From Betaproteobacteria bacterium (GTDB lineage Bacteria > Pseudomonadota > Gammaproteobacteria > Burkholderiales > SG8-39): a stretch of DNA of 59,519 nucleotides. Within the stretch, counting starts at the first letter, position 1. Every line of letters begins with the position of its first letter. A program made the position numbers and the translations under genes. The notes beneath the pieces were generated by a model. That model searched no databases, was not told the DNA's origin, and saw nothing but the letters and a program-made list of their open reading frames with translations. Below, piece after piece: positions 20,079 to 28,558 of the stretch. Location: contig SCUF01000369.1 of the NCBI GenBank assembly GCA_004298325.1, forward strand, positions 1 through 59,519, in the 5' to 3' direction.

Positions 20079-21848
20079 TCAGGCGAAATGCCTTTCCCAC
20101 CAGACCTGGAACATGGCGAGATTCCAGATGCGCCCGCCGTTCTGCCGCGCGCCGCCGTAGTGCTCGTCGAGCGTGCGCCTCACGGCCTCGGGTTGCAGCA
20201 GCCCGTGCACCGACAACCGCCGTGGCGAGAGACACTCGCGCACGAACGGCTGGAGTTCGTCGAGCAGCCAGTCGTTGATCGGCAGGACAAACCCTTCCTT
20301 CGGGCGATCGATGATTTCCTCCGGCAGCAGGTCCTTCACCGCCTCCTTGAGGATGTGCTTGGTGCGGGCGCCCTTGATTTTTAGGCTGCCCGGCAGCGAA
20401 GCGGCGAATTCCATCAGGCGATAGTCGAGAAACGGCGTCCGCACCTCCACCGAGCGCGCCATCGACAGCCGGTCCACGAACGCGAGCACCTGGTCGGGCA
20501 ACAGCGATTCGAAATCGACGAACAGCGCCCGGTTGAGCGGGTCGGCCGTGTCTGCACTGTCGAACAGTTTCGATACAAGACTTGCGGTAGAGACGGTGCC
20601 GGACAATGCGCGCATTTTTTCCGAAAAGAACGATTCCTTCTCCTGATCGTCCATCAGATACAGGCGCATGCGGCGGGCCAATTCGTCGCCTTCGGCCAGC
20701 GGCAGCTGGCCGGCAGGCCGCGCCGCCATGCGATGCGCCAGGTAGCTGGCGAAGAGTTCGTCCGCGCCGTCCCCGGACAACGCTACCTTCACGTGCTTCG
20801 ATATCAGGCGCGTCAGGAAGTACGTCGACGTCACGCCGGAGAACGGCTCGTCGAACGAGCCGAGGACGGACTCCACGCCGTCGACCAGTTCCCGCTGCGT
20901 CATCACGTGCTCGCGGTGCTCGGTGCCGTACTGCGTCGATACGCGCCTCGCATACTCGCGGTCCGAGTCCTTGAGCATGTAGTCGCGCTCATAGGTGAGG
21001 GAAAACGTCTTTATGGGGGCCGCCGACTGCCGGCTCATCAGGGCGACCACGCTCGAGCTGTCGAGCCCCCCGGAGAGATAGGCGCCAAACGGCACGTCGC
21101 ATTGCATGCGCAATCGTACGCTGTCCTCCAGCAGGCGCCGGATCTCGGCCGCCGCTCCCGCCTCTTCCACCGGGGCGGTTCCGGCGAAGCTGATTCGCCA
21201 CCAGCGAGTGCGCTTCAACTCCCCTTCCCGGAACACCGCGCGCTCTCCGGCGCGAAGCTGCTCGATGCCATCGAAGGCGCTCCATGGTGCGGGAATATTC
21301 TTGAGGCTGAAATAATGGGTGAGCGCCGCGAAATTCGGCGCCTTGACCACGTCCGGGTGCGCGAGGATCCCCTTGGGTTCGGAGGCGAACCAGAGCCTCC
21401 CCGCGTGCTGGCGCAGGTAGAGCGGCTTTACGCCGGCGCGATCGCGTGCAAGGTGCAATTCGCGCTTGCCGCTGTCCCACAGGACGATTGCGAACATCCC
21501 GTTGAGCTGGTGGAGATAGTCCGCCCCGTATTCCTCGTACAGATGGACCAGTACCTCGGTGTCCGAATGGTCCGAGCGGAACCGGTGTCCCCTGGCCTCC
21601 AGCAGCCGGCGCAGTTCGGCGTGGTTGTAGATCTCGCCGTTGAAAACAACGCAGATGCTCCGGTCCTCGTTGTAGGCGGGCTGGCCGCCCGTCTCGAGGT
21701 CGACGATGGCAAGGCGCCGCATTCCCAGGGAAACGGAAGCATCGACGTGGAAGCCGGAACCGTCGGGGCCGCGATGACGAAGCGATTCCGTCATCCTCTC
21801 GAGCGCGCTGCGGTCGCTAGCGCCGGTGAAACCGCAGATGCCGCACAT
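20079..21848 (-). CDS. Asparagine synthase B-like glutamine-dependent amidotransferase
   Basis: Has the N-terminal MCGICGF Ntn nucleophile and the YLSGGLDSS PP-loop. The 589-aa length fits the family. Confidence 0.85.
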   Translation of the reverse strand: MCGICGFTGASDRSALERMTESLRHRGPDGSGFHVDASVSLGMRRLAIVDLETGGQPAYNEDRSICVVFNGEIYNHAELRRLLEARGHRFRSDHSDTEVLVHLYEEYGADYLHQLNGMFAIVLWDSGKRELHLARDRAGVKPLYLRQHAGRLWFASEPKGILAHPDVVKAPNFAALTHYFSLKNIPAPWSAFDGIEQLRAGERAVFREGELKRTRWWRISFAGTAPVEEAGAAAEIRRLLEDSVRLRMQCDVPFGAYLSGGLDSSSVVALMSRQSAAPIKTFSLTYERDYMLKDSDREYARRVSTQYGTEHREHVMTQRELVDGVESVLGSFDEPFSGVTSTYFLTRLISKHVKVALSGDGADELFASYLAHRMAARPAGQLPLAEGDELARRMRLYLMDDQEKESFFSEKMRALSGTVSTASLVSKLFDSADTADPLNRALFVDFESLLPDQVLAFVDRLSMARSVEVRTPFLDYRLMEFAASLPGSLKIKGARTKHILKEAVKDLLPEEIIDRPKEGFVLPINDWLLDELQPFVRECLSPRRLSVHGLLQPEAVRRTLDEHYGGARQNGGRIWNLAMFQVWWERHFA

Positions 21849-22107
21849 GCCGCAAGGATAGATTGTCTCAGTGTTACTGGTTAGCGGGCCGTCGATATCC
21901 GCGCATTCAAGTCAGCCCGCAGACCGCGGCCAAGTCGACGATACTTATTCTCTTGCATGCTACGATTCCCCGTCCATTGAGAAAGTGTACCAACTTGGTA
22001 GAAATGAACATTGATTGAGACGCCCTCCGTTGACTGCTATCCACACAGAAGCTAACCCGTCGGTTAGAAATTCAGGAAAGAAATACACGCTGGATGCCGC
22101 GCTCGCG

Positions 22108-22986
22108 ATGCCGACGTTCGACCGGAGTGTGTCGGCGCTCTGTTGGGTATACAACGAAGAGCAGCTTATCGGCGAGTACCTCGATCGCCTGCACGCGCTC
22201 ATGCACCGGTCAGTCAGCAATTTCGAGATTGTCGTTATCGACGACTGCAGCACAGACAGCACGGCACGGATCATCGCCGACCGGATGGCACGCTACCCCG
22301 AGATTCACTACTTCCGAAACGAGCGCAACATAGATGTTGGGCCGTCATTTAAACGGGCAGTGCGATATGCAACGAAGGAATTTCTATTCTGGCAGACGGT
22401 GGATTGGTCCTACGACATCTCGCTGCTCAGGCTACATCTCGAATTCCTGCGGGATTTCGACGTTGTTGCAGGTGTTAGGCGAGCTCCAGTGCTTGCTGCC
22501 GATCGGTATTTGAAGCCGCTAATGGGTGTTCTAAAATTGCTTAGCATCAAGCACCTTACGCGACGCTCGGACACACCCTGGAAGGCGTTCGTCTCCGTAG
22601 TCAATTATCTTCTCATTCGTCTGCTCTTCGGGGTCAAGCTCTCCGACTACCAGAATGTCGCGTACTATAGGTCCGCCTTAATTCAGACAATCGACTGGGA
22701 GGCGTCAAGTTCTTTTGTATCGCCGGAAACTCATATCAAAGCCTATTGGCGCGGCGCGCGCATAGTGGAGGTACCGATCAGTTTCCGTCCACGGACAGTT
22801 GGAGAGGGGAAAGGCGTCTCCACTCGTACGATTGCCCGTGCCTTGCGGGACATTTTTAAGTGCTGGATTAGATGGCAACTTCTCGGCCGCGTTGAGCGCG
22901 GCCAGACTATCGAGATTGTGCGTATGGTGGAAGCTGAATGGGACCTGAGCGATAGTGGTTATTGGTCCGAAGCGGGAACTTCGTAG
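22108..22986 (+). CDS. GT2 glycosyltransferase of the DPM1/ArnC/GtrB (polyprenyl-phosphate sugar synthase) type
   Basis: Has VVIDDCSTDST, later LSDYQNV and EVPISFRPRTVGEGKGV (cf. EvPi.f.eR..GeSK). The ATG at 22108 is preferred over the TTG at 22015. Confidence 0.75.
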   Translation: MPTFDRSVSALCWVYNEEQLIGEYLDRLHALMHRSVSNFEIVVIDDCSTDSTARIIADRMARYPEIHYFRNERNIDVGPSFKRAVRYATKEFLFWQTVDWSYDISLLRLHLEFLRDFDVVAGVRRAPVLAADRYLKPLMGVLKLLSIKHLTRRSDTPWKAFVSVVNYLLIRLLFGVKLSDYQNVAYYRSALIQTIDWEASSSFVSPETHIKAYWRGARIVEVPISFRPRTVGEGKGVSTRTIARALRDIFKCWIRWQLLGRVERGQTIEIVRMVEAEWDLSDSGYWSEAGTS

Positions 22987-23191
22987 CTGCTCCTGATTTT
23001 AATGCTCCATGTATCAGCACTGAGTCGCTATATTTCAATTTGTAGTACGGCAAGACGCGTTTACCGCACGGCGGATACAGATGCGGGGCATCGGATTTGC
23101 GGGCACGAAATCGACATAAGTCGCTAATAATTCAAGTATAGTTCGTTCTTGGTGCCCACAAAGACTCGCGATCACGGGTAGGGAGCGGATT

Positions 23192-24235
23192 TTGGCGCAG
23201 AAGAACCCGTATTCGATGTCGCAGGCCCATATCGATAAGCTGCTCGAAATCGAGAGCAACCTGCGCGAGCATGTGTACCCACCGCAACTGGTGGTCGAGA
23301 ATACCTCGGCCTGCAACCAGAAGTGCATTCACTGCTCGCATAGGGAGATGCTGCGCCCGAAGAAGCACATGAAGCGCGAGCTGTGGAACAAAATCGTCGA
23401 GGAACTGGGCCGCGAGAGCCCGGACACCGAGATCTGGCCGACCTTCTACGGTGAAGCGCTGGTGATGGGCAGCGAGATTTGGGACCGCATCGACTACGCG
23501 GCCGAGGTCGGCTGCGCGAACCTTGTTCTCAATTCCAACGCCACCTTGCTGCATCGCAAGGACACCTTCGACCGCATCCTGAATTCGCCGCTCAAGCGAT
23601 TCATCCTCAGCCTCGACGGATTCTCCAAGGAGGTCTACGAGAAGGTGCGCGTGCTCGGCGAATGGGACGTCGTCTACCCCGCCGTGGAGGAACTCCTGCG
23701 GCGCAAGGCGGCGAGCGGCAAGCTTTATCCGGCGATCATCTGCCAGTTCTCGATGATGGAAGACAACGAGCACGAGGTGGAGGCATTTCGGAAGTATTGG
23801 AAGGAGCGCGGCGCCGAGGTCAAGGTGAGGCCGAAGCTCGAATGGACGGCCACGGGGACTGTCCGATCGGACCGCATTGACCACGAGACCTCCTTCCGTA
23901 TCGCCTGCCCCTGGGGCAACAACACGATGGCGATACACCAGGACGGCAGCGTCGTCGCCTGTGCGGTCGACTACGAAGGTCGCCTGAAAGTCGGCAATGC
24001 CAACGAGTTCACGCTGCTCGAACTGTGGCAGCGGCTCGGCGTACAGCTGCGCAAGCTTCACCGCGAGCATAACTGGGACAAGATTCCAGAGATCTGCAAG
24101 GGCTGCCGCGACTGGCAGACCGCGGGTGCCGAGTACGAGGAAGAGATCGTTCCCGGCACGCGGCCTTTCTGGTACCGGAAAAAGACGACGCAGTACAAGG
24201 TATTTCCGGTAAAGGCGGAGTTGCCGTATGGCTGA
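23192..24235 (+). CDS. Radical SAM enzyme with truncated SPASM/twitch-like C-terminal domain
   Basis: Has CNQKCIHC (CX3CX2C), CPWGNNTMAIHQDGSVVAC (CX12GX4C) and CKGC. The TTG start at 23192 lies 6 nt after GGAG, with an alternative ATG at 23216. Confidence 0.8.
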   Translation: MAQKNPYSMSQAHIDKLLEIESNLREHVYPPQLVVENTSACNQKCIHCSHREMLRPKKHMKRELWNKIVEELGRESPDTEIWPTFYGEALVMGSEIWDRIDYAAEVGCANLVLNSNATLLHRKDTFDRILNSPLKRFILSLDGFSKEVYEKVRVLGEWDVVYPAVEELLRRKAASGKLYPAIICQFSMMEDNEHEVEAFRKYWKERGAEVKVRPKLEWTATGTVRSDRIDHETSFRIACPWGNNTMAIHQDGSVVACAVDYEGRLKVGNANEFTLLELWQRLGVQLRKLHREHNWDKIPEICKGCRDWQTAGAEYEEEIVPGTRPFWYRKKTTQYKVFPVKAELPYG

Positions 24236-25304
24236 GCATGTCGTTTCCGTTCCGTTTCCCGCGGTGCCGAAGAAGAAGCGGGAGCAGGTCGTTCATACCC
24301 AGGAGCAATACGGCCTGCGGCCGGAAGCATCCGAGTTCCCAATGATGCTTGTGTTGTCGTTCGTCTATCCATGCAATGCGCTCTGTCCGCACTGCCCGTA
24401 CACGAACTCCAATATTCGAGACACCTACAAGGACGCGCCGTACATGTCGGAGGAGATCTTCAAGAAGATCGCCGACGAATCGGGCCCGCACGGCGCCTAC
24501 CTGCGTATTTCCGGCGGGGGCGAGCCGATGCTGCATCCGCGCTCCTGGGAACTCCTGGTGTACGCAAAATCAATGGGCTGCAAGGTCGGCCTGATCACCA
24601 ACGGCTCCTGCTTTACCGAGCGTAACTCGCGCCTTCTGCTTGAGGCAGGTGTCGATATGATCGAGTTCTCGGTGGATGCCTGCGACGAGAAAACTTATGA
24701 CGTGGTGCGAAAGGGGCTCAAGTGGGAGCGCCTGCTCAAGAACGCACGCCGCATGCTCGCGATGCGCGACAACCTGCGCAGCACCTCCAAAATCATTGCC
24801 TCCGGCGTCGACCAGAAGGGCGTCGACATCGAGGCGGTCGAGCGCTTCTGGCGCGATGAGATGGGCGTCGACAACTTCATCAAGCGCAAATTCCTGACCT
24901 GGGGCGTCAATACCAGCCTCGACTCGTCGCGCTCCGCCGACCCGGCCGCCTACCTGAACACGGACGAAGTGCCTTGCCCGTTCATCTTTGAGCGCCTGAA
25001 CATCGACAGCCGAGGCAACGTAATGGTCTGCGGTTACGACATCTCCGCCAACACCAGCATGGGCATCGTCGGCAAGCAGTCGATCCGCGACATCTGGCAC
25101 GGCGAGGGCTTCCGTTTTTACCGGGAAAAGCACCTCGCCAACCGTGGCTCAGAGATCTTGATGTGTGCGAGTTGCCCTGACTGGAAGTACCGCTCCTGGC
25201 AGCACAACTACTGGAAAGTCGTGGACAATGCGGAAACCGTGCGCCAGCAGAAGATGAGCAAGCTGAGCGAGCACGACGACTTCCAGACGCCGTCGATGGA
25301 GTAG
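24228..25304 (+). CDS. Radical SAM enzyme with truncated SPASM/twitch-like domain (same architecture as the upstream gene)
   Basis: Has CNALCPHC (CX3CX2C), CPFIFERLNIDSRGNVMVC (CX12GX4C) and CASC. The ATG overlaps the upstream gene by 8 nt, with GGAG 7 nt upstream. Confidence 0.8.
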   Translation: MAEHVVSVPFPAVPKKKREQVVHTQEQYGLRPEASEFPMMLVLSFVYPCNALCPHCPYTNSNIRDTYKDAPYMSEEIFKKIADESGPHGAYLRISGGGEPMLHPRSWELLVYAKSMGCKVGLITNGSCFTERNSRLLLEAGVDMIEFSVDACDEKTYDVVRKGLKWERLLKNARRMLAMRDNLRSTSKIIASGVDQKGVDIEAVERFWRDEMGVDNFIKRKFLTWGVNTSLDSSRSADPAAYLNTDEVPCPFIFERLNIDSRGNVMVCGYDISANTSMGIVGKQSIRDIWHGEGFRFYREKHLANRGSEILMCASCPDWKYRSWQHNYWKVVDNAETVRQQKMSKLSEHDDFQTPSME

Positions 25305-25394
25305 CCGCGCTGCGGTTCGGCGCGTTGAGACAAGTCTCCATGCGTCGATGGAAGTGGCTTCCCTCGTCCTTGTTGGGGTTTTTCTTGTGACCAG

Positions 25395-26306
25395 ATGACC
25401 GATTCAATTGAATGGATTTTCGAGCCAGTTCAGGCTTGCCTGATCTGCGGCGGCCAGCAAAGCAGCACCGTCCTGGAAAGAACAATTCGATCGATCCCGC
25501 TTCGTTTCGTGCGCTGCAAAGCATGTAGCCTCGTTTACCAGAATCCCAGGCCGACAAGCGAGACTTTGAAGCGCTACTTCAGTTCCACAACGTTCGTCAA
25601 GGATTCTGACAATGAAGGTTACTCCCTAGACGAGCTCTTGGGCTATCCGGACTATCTGGATTGGGATATCAGCTACAGGAAAAGCGCTTCGCTGCGGCTC
25701 GGGCGCATTGCACGATTTACGCAACCTCCGCGCGAGCTGCTTGAAATTGGAACGGCGACAGGCTCGTTCTTGGCAGCCGCGCGCGCCGCGGGCTATTCAG
25801 TAAGGGGACTTGACGTGTCGGAAACCCTTGCCCGCATTGCGAGGGAAAGATTCGGCCTCGAAATCGACACGGGATTCATTGAAGATTTCCCGCTTCCCGA
25901 ACGGCATTACGATGTCATCTGCGCATTTGGGGGCATTGCCTGCTGGAGTGATCCTGTGCGCGGGCTCGCAAATGTGGCGCGAGCGCTAAAGCCGGGGGGT
26001 CTTCTCGTAATAAATCATCCGAATCTGGATTCGCTCTTCGTTCGCGCTCTGAACAAGCGCTACTTCGAATTCAACCACGCGAGCCTAACGGTGCTATCAA
26101 ATACCACAATGAGACTTTGCCTGGATCGGGCGGGCTTTAGAATTCTGTTCTCAGAGAATGAACGCCAGTTCGCATCGGTTGGCAGGATCGTCAGCTACTT
26201 GAAGCTGAATGCGGCTGCGAGGCTTTCCAAATTCATGCGATTCGCGCACTGGATCGTCCCTGTCATCGCATTTGGAACTACGTTTTCAATCAGTACGACG
26301 AAGTAA
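25395..26306 (+). CDS. Class I SAM-dependent methyltransferase with N-terminal CxxC..CxxC zinc ribbon
   Basis: Has CLICGG..(19 aa)..CKAC, then motif I LLEIGTATGSF and LKPGGLLVINHPN. Confidence 0.7.
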   Translation: MTDSIEWIFEPVQACLICGGQQSSTVLERTIRSIPLRFVRCKACSLVYQNPRPTSETLKRYFSSTTFVKDSDNEGYSLDELLGYPDYLDWDISYRKSASLRLGRIARFTQPPRELLEIGTATGSFLAAARAAGYSVRGLDVSETLARIARERFGLEIDTGFIEDFPLPERHYDVICAFGGIACWSDPVRGLANVARALKPGGLLVINHPNLDSLFVRALNKRYFEFNHASLTVLSNTTMRLCLDRAGFRILFSENERQFASVGRIVSYLKLNAAARLSKFMRFAHWIVPVIAFGTTFSISTTK

Positions 26307-26539
26307 GGCGTTCTCTATCGACCGGCAGTCGTCATTCTGCCAGGCCACGTCATCTTCTCCCGACGCCTTTGATGCAGCGCGTGTCGAGAACGCTCCGGTC
26401 GGGGCACCGACGTCTGTTGGGCAGACTTCGCAAGCAATGCAGGCATAGACTTCTTGGTCTGCGCCAGCGCCGGCACGCCTGTGGCTTGAGCCACCATTGC
26501 GCATGCGCGCGCAGTCTCGCGCCAGTCGGCTTGTCGCGC

Positions 26540-26596
26540 ACGGACTACAATAAGACCTGGTCTCACAGGGCTCTCGATAACTGTACGCCGAAAGAG
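26540..26596 (+). mobile_element. Relic of the C-terminus of a DDE (rve-type) transposase
   Basis: The translation TDYNKTWSHRALDNCTPKE matches the W..YN..RPH.AL...TP.E tail of IS3/IS481-like integrase-core transposases. It has no intact ORF or start and sits in a 387-bp non-coding gap. Confidence 0.4.
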
Positions 26597-26693
26597 GGCC
26601 GGGAGGACCGAGACTCGCAGGCAAACGGTACCAACTCGGGTTGACCCTAACTGCGCGGCGTCAGAATAGTTGCGGAAGGTTGTGGAGGGAGTC

Positions 26694-28508
26694 ATGTGCG
26701 GAATCTTTGGCGTTGTTTCTAAATCGACCGTTTCACCTGCGGATTTGAGATTGCTGGCAACGTGCTCGCAGCAAAGGGGCAAGGATTCGAGCGGGCTCTT
26801 CTTCACTGGACAGGGCGGCTATCGGCTGTATCGCGCAACGGAGGCGATTACGTCGCTGCTGGATACCGTAAATCCGCGCCGATCATCGTTTGTCATGGGT
26901 CACAGCCGCCTGATTACGAATGGCCTGGCCGACAATCAGCCTGTCTACCGTGACTCGGTATGCGTGATTCACAACGGAATTGTCGTCAACCATGACTCGT
27001 TGTGGGAGACCGTAGGCAAGCAGCGCAGACAGGAAATCGATACCGAGATTATTGCGGCAATTGCTGCCCGCGCGCTGGAGAACGGCGAACCTGTCGAAGA
27101 AATTGCCAAGAGTGTGATCTCTCAGTGCAAAGGGGTTGTAGCGTGTGCGGTGGCTCTTCCCCGCCTTGGGCACCTTTGCTTGTTTTCAAACAACGGAAGC
27201 CTGTATCTGGGCGCCAAGGGCGACAGCACCTACTTTGCCTCCGAAAGCTATCCGTTGACGAAGCTTGGATGTGCCGATGTGCGGCAGGTGAGGGACGGCG
27301 TCGTGCTGGACATACCGGCCTCACCAGCAGAAGTCACGATTCAGGAGGTCAATGGCCGCGAGACCAATCTGATCCCTAGCCTTGGCAAACATTCGGGGGA
27401 GGAAAAGCTGCTGGAGTATCGGCCCTGCGTGTCGCGCCGTTGCTCGAAGTGCCTGTTGCCGGAAACCATGCCGTTCATACGCTTTGACCACGAGGGGGTA
27501 TGCAACTACTGCCACCATTACAAGCCACGGAACAGGCCGCGTCCTACAGCGGAATTGTTCAAACTAGTTGAGCCGTATCGCCGTACCCACGGCGACGACT
27601 GCATTGTGCCCTTCTCCGGGGGCCGGGACAGTTGCTACGGTCTGCATCTCATCGTCAATGAACTGAAGATGAAGCCGATCACTTATACATATGACTGGGG
27701 CATGGTGACCGACTTGGGCAGACGGAACATCAGCCGGATGTGTGCCGAGCTTGGTGTCGAGAACATCATTGTGGCCGACGACATTACGAAGAAGCGCAAG
27801 AATATTGCGATGAATCTGAAAGCCTGGTTGAAGTCGCCTCACCTCGGAATGGTAAGCATCCTGACGGCGGGAGATAAGCATTTCTTCAGGCACGTTGAGA
27901 CGGTCAAGGCGCAAACTGGCATCTCCCTGAATTTGTGGGGAGTGAATCCCTTGGAGGTCACACACTTCAAGGCCGGTTTTCTCGGTGTGCCTCCTGATTT
28001 TGAGGAGGAACGCGTCTATTCTCATGGCGCGATGAAGCAGCTCAGGTATCACATGCTGCGCCTGAAGGCGATGCTACAGAGCCCGGGCTACTTCAACAGG
28101 TCTCTGTGGGACACGCTATCCGGAGAGTACTATCGAAGCTTTACCAAGAAGTCCGACTATTACCACATATTCGACTACTGGCGCTGGGACGAGAAGCTCA
28201 TCGATCGCACGCTGGAAAAGTACGAATGGGAGAAGGCACCTGATACCAGGGCGACGTGGCGCATTGGAGACGGCACAGCTGCCTTCTACAACTACGTGTA
28301 CTACTCAGTTGCCGGGTTTAGCGAACACGACACATTCCGCAGCAATCAGATTCGGGAAGGGGATCTGACCCGCGAAGAGGCACTGGCGATGGTCGAGGAT
28401 GAGAACAGACCTCGATATCCCAACATCAAGTGGTATCTGGATGCCATCGGCATGGACTTCGAGGAAGTGATTCAAGTGGTCAACGCCATTCCGAAGCTTT
28501 GCCGCTAG
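26694..28508 (+). CDS. Fusion protein: class-II (Ntn) glutamine amidotransferase domain plus N-acetyl-sugar amidotransferase (WbpG/WbuX-type PP-loop enzyme)
   Basis: Has an MCGIFGV N-terminus (the ATG at 26694 places Cys at position 2) and HNG/ASE glutaminase-like blocks. These are followed by CSKCLLPE..CNYCHHY zinc-ribbon and IVPFSGGRDSCYGLH PP-loop (SGGxDS) motifs. Confidence 0.8.
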   Translation: MCGIFGVVSKSTVSPADLRLLATCSQQRGKDSSGLFFTGQGGYRLYRATEAITSLLDTVNPRRSSFVMGHSRLITNGLADNQPVYRDSVCVIHNGIVVNHDSLWETVGKQRRQEIDTEIIAAIAARALENGEPVEEIAKSVISQCKGVVACAVALPRLGHLCLFSNNGSLYLGAKGDSTYFASESYPLTKLGCADVRQVRDGVVLDIPASPAEVTIQEVNGRETNLIPSLGKHSGEEKLLEYRPCVSRRCSKCLLPETMPFIRFDHEGVCNYCHHYKPRNRPRPTAELFKLVEPYRRTHGDDCIVPFSGGRDSCYGLHLIVNELKMKPITYTYDWGMVTDLGRRNISRMCAELGVENIIVADDITKKRKNIAMNLKAWLKSPHLGMVSILTAGDKHFFRHVETVKAQTGISLNLWGVNPLEVTHFKAGFLGVPPDFEEERVYSHGAMKQLRYHMLRLKAMLQSPGYFNRSLWDTLSGEYYRSFTKKSDYYHIFDYWRWDEKLIDRTLEKYEWEKAPDTRATWRIGDGTAAFYNYVYYSVAGFSEHDTFRSNQIREGDLTREEALAMVEDENRPRYPNIKWYLDAIGMDFEEVIQVVNAIPKLCR

Positions 28509-28558
28509 GAGCGTCGAGGCCTCACCGGGCCGATGCTCATGGCGAGACAACAAGCACA

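Noticed and set aside
23002-23127. 41-codon ORF (MLHVSALSRYISICSTARRVYRTADTDAGHRICGHEIDISR) upstream of the radical-SAM pair, a possible RiPP precursor
   Set aside because: It has no SD-like sequence, lies in an AT-rich probable promoter region, and has no recognisable leader or core features. It is kept only as an alternative hypothesis in the cassette finding.
26286-26624. Minus-strand ORF containing CIACEVCP, reminiscent of a ferredoxin cluster motif
   Set aside because: The spacing is CX2CX2CP rather than CX2CX2CX3CP and there is no second motif. The ORF also overlaps the methyltransferase 3' end and the transposase relic.
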